NCBI RefSeq assembly: GCF_000002075.1
Contig: NW_004797380.1
Span: 299,512-363,511 of the forward strand
DNA length: 64,000 nucleotides
Direction of reading: 5' to 3'
DNA from: Aplysia californica
Lineage: Eukaryota
The notes under the pieces were generated by a model. The model was not told where the DNA came from and made no database searches. It was given only the letters and a program-made list of their open reading frames with translations. Shown in pieces: positions 63,401 through 64,000 of this stretch (the first letter of the stretch is position 1; every line of letters starts with the position of its first letter). Made by a program: the position numbers and the translations under genes.

Positions 63401-63992
63401 GGTAGGAAAGATCTACACCTGGCCTTCTCGGACAAGGGCGAAAAATCTCGGAGGGCCCGTGTGCAAGTTGCGCACGTTAAAGATCCCTTGGTGGTCTAAA
63501 ATCGATAAGAGTAGGTTTCGGCCGCCACCCGGGCAAAGTTCAAAATTTCCTACCGACTGAAAATATTAGGTGTGTCCCGCGCGCTCATATGACCTATGCA
63601 GTTGCGAGCGCCGTAAAACACTTTACAAAAAAACCCACCAAAAAACCCCCATAGTACATCTTATTTACCTGTGAACTTTTTGCACAATTACATAAAAGTG
63701 AATAAAAGTAATTCGTTTAGATCAGTTTTCCAGGAGTGTGCGTCTCCCCTTCAGCGTGGTCAAGATATCCTGTCTTTATATTTTTTTCTCATATTGCAGC
63801 TTTGACTCTAAAATTCAATGTGTTTTGAAAAAATGTTTACTTGTCTTTCAGAATGACAAACGTTATCTCACCCTTGACTGTGTTCCGGAGGAGCGGCGCA
63901 AAATTTTGATGTCCCACATTGATGAGCTGGACACCAAAGGCCCACCTCCTCCTCCCACTGCTTCAGCTCCCACTCACAGGGGTGGAAAGTAA
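20076..63992 (+). CDS. TCERG1: Transcription elongation regulator 1 (CA150); whole gene, 22 coding exons, 3459 nt, about 1152 aa
   Basis: Exons 20076-20440, 27072-27516, 28002-28019, 28628-28813, 29362-29539, 29968-30033, 32619-32812, 34977-35106, 37702-37826, 38392-38483, 41482-41624, 42732-42804, 43443-43608, 45646-45854, 46568-46718, 50690-50857, 52311-52496, 54459-54635, 56592-56675, 57924-58024, 59328-59388, 63852-63992. All introns GT-AG with compatible phases. Pro/Gly/Met-rich N-terminus, three WW domains, six FF domains, and C-terminal [11 protein letters not shown] typical of TCERG1. Confidence 0.93.
20473..21967. mobile_element. Non-autonomous MULE-like element, about 80-bp TIRs, 9-bp TSD ATTATTTTT
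   Basis: GGTAG..GTCAATTGCCACCGAGTG... inverted at both ends; TSD at 20464-20472 and 21968-21976. Confidence 0.8.
21254..21735. mobile_element. Nested MULE-like MITE, about 85-bp TIRs
   Basis: AGTGTATACAGACCCG...TTTCGGAAAGTTTCAGC inverted; TSD ATTTCAAAA/ATTTCTAAA (8 of 9 match). Confidence 0.8.
22022..22205. mobile_element. 184-bp MITE with 9-bp TSD carrying telomere-like (CCCTAA)n repeats
   Basis: TIR GGA(A)GGACTTCCGTAA(G/C)GAGCGACCA; perfect TSD CGGATCTAA at 22013-22021 and 22206-22214. Confidence 0.85.
22532..24386. mobile_element. Old non-autonomous TIR element related to 33075-34839
   Basis: Ends AACAGTTTAGCAATG / CATTGCTAAACAGTTA; internal TGAATGAAACTTGGCA(G/A)CCAATCAGAAAA shared with about 33212. 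Confidence 0.55.
24731..24900. repeat. Minisatellite, unit about 22 bp (AGAGTCAGATACCAGTGTAGT)
   Basis: About 6-7 degenerate copies. Confidence 0.85.
27072..27516 (+). CDS. TCERG1: TCERG1 exon 2 (PGM-rich)
   Basis: tag|A acceptor; MPPFGRPP...PPGMGPQGM; donor GTGAGA. Confidence 0.9.
28002..28019 (+). CDS. TCERG1: TCERG1 exon 3, 18-nt microexon (GMNPNN)
   Basis: Strong pyrimidine tract ttttttgtttgtttcag|, then GGAATGAACCCAAATAAT|GTGAGT; phase 0-0. Confidence 0.7.
28628..28813 (+). CDS. TCERG1: TCERG1 exon 4 (Pro-rich, start of WW1)
   Basis: ctttcag|RPMIPPP...[12 protein letters not shown]|GTAAAT. Confidence 0.92.
29362..29539 (+). CDS. TCERG1: TCERG1 exon 5 (end of WW1, short QA tract)
   Basis: [16 protein letters not shown]...QAQAQG; donor G|GTAGTT. 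Confidence 0.92.
29968..30033 (+). CDS. TCERG1: TCERG1 exon 6 (66 nt, phase 1-1)
   Basis: tttacag|[22 protein letters not shown]|GTATTG. Confidence 0.75.
30436..30772. repeat. Diverged direct duplication
   Basis: TTCAAGGCCTA..TCACTTGTTCTACTA...ATGGAGGATTCA.ATTCCA.TTC...TCAAACCC at about 30436 and 30662. Confidence 0.75.
32619..32812 (+). CDS. TCERG1: TCERG1 exon 7 (Ala/Pro/Thr-rich linker)
   Basis: ttccacag|[24 protein letters not shown]...KPPSSQ|GTATTG; required to restore phase 1 to 0. Confidence 0.85.
33075..34839. mobile_element. Old non-autonomous TIR element with a nested MITE at 33815-34385
   Basis: Ends TAGTTCAGCAATGCAAAT / ATTTGCATCGCTAAATAGTTA; nested TIR ATATGTGTGTG..AGAAAGGTACCAA inverted. 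Confidence 0.6.
34977..35106 (+). CDS. TCERG1: TCERG1 exon 8 (WW2)
   Basis: [27 protein letters not shown]. Confidence 0.95.
35448..36992. mobile_element. hAT-like non-autonomous element with apparent 6-bp TSD TTTAAC
   Basis: TIR CAGTGCTT(T)CCAC at both ends, subterminal TCCGTA repeats, TTTAAC on both flanks. Confidence 0.65.
37702..37826 (+). CDS. TCERG1: TCERG1 exon 9
   Basis: ttgcag|AKIEKLNN...DKEDKEE|GTGAGC. Confidence 0.85.
38392..38483 (+). CDS. TCERG1: TCERG1 exon 10 (start of WW3)
   Basis: [31 protein letters not shown]|GTATGT. Confidence 0.93.
39923..40614. mobile_element. piggyBac-like MITE (TTAA TSD)
   Basis: TTAA|CCCCTTCAATGCC ... GGCAGCGAAGAGG|TTAA, imperfect TIR. Confidence 0.55.
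41482..41624 (+). CDS. TCERG1: TCERG1 exon 11 (WW3)
   Basis: [38 protein letters not shown]; AAG acceptor, GTGAGT donor. Confidence 0.93.
41712..42496. mobile_element. Degenerate Tc1/mariner-type MITE
   Basis: CAGGGTGTCC start and GACACCTG end; subterminal AAATTCAAC(C/A)ATGAGGA....TTTGT.AATAT present in inverted orientation at both ends. Confidence 0.55.
42732..42804 (+). CDS. TCERG1: TCERG1 exon 12 (charged, NLS-like PPNKKKK)
   Basis: ttcacag|[24 protein letters not shown]|GTAAGT. Confidence 0.88.
43443..43608 (+). CDS. TCERG1: TCERG1 exon 13 (start of FF1)
   Basis: [34 protein letters not shown]. Confidence 0.94.
43798..44468 (+). mobile_element. piggyBac-like MITE, copy 1
   Basis: TTAA|CACATTACACC(C)TAAG ... 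CTTAGGGTGTAATGTG|TTTA; closely similar along its length to 57116-57837. Confidence 0.85.
45646..45854 (+). CDS. TCERG1: TCERG1 exon 14 (FF1-FF2)
   Basis: [37 protein letters not shown]. Confidence 0.95.
46568..46718 (+). CDS. TCERG1: TCERG1 exon 15 (FF2)
   Basis: [33 protein letters not shown]. Confidence 0.94.
50690..50857 (+). CDS. TCERG1: TCERG1 exon 16 (FF3)
   Basis: [11 protein letters not shown]...[33 protein letters not shown]. Confidence 0.94.
52311..52496 (+). CDS. TCERG1: TCERG1 exon 17 (linker, start of FF4)
   Basis: [19 protein letters not shown]...[19 protein letters not shown]. Confidence 0.93.
53160..54045 (-). mobile_element. Degenerate 3' fragment of a Rex1/Babar-like (L2/CR1 group) LINE
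   Basis: Frameshifted translation [18 protein letters not shown] / [15 protein letters not shown] / [27 protein letters not shown] / [16 protein letters not shown], then a GT-rich UTR ending GGACAATAAAG. Confidence 0.7.
54046..54190 (+). mobile_element. Second SINE-like family (B), 3' part; other copies at about 9250-9390, 28905-29035, 38830-39000 and 60695-60860
   Basis: Shared CTTCTTT..AAACATCTATC..TGTTACTCT..ACCTCTAATCTT..ATGACCT..GTTGC(G/A)AG(C/T)GC..TAAAAC..ACTAAAACTAA in five places. Confidence 0.75.
54459..54635 (+). CDS. TCERG1: TCERG1 exon 18 (FF4, start of FF5)
   Basis: [40 protein letters not shown]...FHSLLDETE. Confidence 0.94.
56592..56675 (+). CDS. TCERG1: TCERG1 exon 19 (FF5)
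   Basis: [28 protein letters not shown]. Confidence 0.94.
57116..57837 (+). mobile_element. piggyBac-like MITE, copy 2
   Basis: TTAA|CACATTACACCCTAA ... TTAGGGTGTAATGTG|TTAA. Confidence 0.88.
57924..58024 (+). CDS. TCERG1: TCERG1 exon 20 (FF5-FF6)
   Basis: [33 protein letters not shown]. Confidence 0.93.
58562..58823. repeat. Diverged tandem duplication, about 140 bp, 2 copies
   Basis: AAGTTGAACAT..CTGTCAAGTT..TAGATCTAGCT...GTACAGTAC...GGCCTTGGAT...CACAAGCAGAAAA occurs twice. Confidence 0.8.
59328..59388 (+). CDS. TCERG1: TCERG1 exon 21 (FF6)
   Basis: [20 protein letters not shown]. Confidence 0.92.
59461..59901. mobile_element. Degenerate MITE with ATATGTG...CACATAT termini
   Basis: ATATGTG..GAAATCAGG(C/T)G(A/C)TCGTC inverted; same terminus type as 33815-34385. 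Confidence 0.5.
61104..61200 (+). mobile_element. 97-bp 5'-truncated RTE-clade LINE 3' end with 10-bp TSD
   Basis: Encodes [27 protein letters not shown] (RTE C-terminal AQxRxxWR motif); GTCAGGGAAT at 61094-61103 and 61201-61210. Confidence 0.8.
62293..62445 (+). mobile_element. SINE family A, 3' fragment
   Basis: Matches about 63476-63625; begins at the internal TTAA. Confidence 0.85.
63115..63647 (+). mobile_element. Full-length tRNA-derived SINE (family A) with 10-bp TSD
   Basis: tRNA-like head with A box (GTGGCCTAGAGGTTAAGG) and B box (GGTTCGAATCC), C/T-rich body, central GAGGGCCCGTGTG...CACGTTAAAGATCCC, A-rich tail; flanked by CCCATAGTAC at 63105-63114 and 63648-63657. Confidence 0.9.
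63852..63992 (+). CDS. TCERG1: TCERG1 exon 22 (last coding exon)
   Basis: [46 protein letters not shown]. Confidence 0.94.
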   Translation, partial: NDKRYLTLDCVPEERRKILMSHIDELDTKGPPPPPTASAPTHRGGK

Positions 63993-64000
63993 TTGGATAT

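Overview
AT-rich animal genomic DNA from a draft assembly with 5 N-gaps; it looks like a lophotrochozoan or mollusc, which is inference only. Two divergently transcribed RNA-biology genes are present. The first is an intronless LARP6/Acheron ORF on the minus strand (12391-13998). The second is a complete 22-exon TCERG1/CA150 gene on the plus strand (20076-63992; about 1152 aa; 3 WW and 6 FF domains). I assembled TCERG1 by hand; all introns are GT-AG and all phases are consistent, including an 18-nt microexon. TCERG1 introns contain many MITEs (MULE-like with 9-bp TSDs, TTAA piggyBac-like, hAT-like, Tc1/mariner-like), tRNA-SINEs and LINE fragments. Three leads stand out. (1) A consensus splice donor lies 10 nt upstream of the LARP6 ATG and a candidate 92-nt exon ending in ACC-ATG|GTAAGT lies downstream, so LARP6 may sit inside intron 1 of a same-strand host transcript sharing its first exon. 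(2) Paralogous repeat copies show TA sites converted to TAGGCCTA or TAGACTA, and such TA-x-TA motifs pile up near the TCERG1 promoter, resembling transposon excision footprints. (3) TCERG1 intron 15 has a candidate poison or alternative terminal exon. All coordinates were read by eye.
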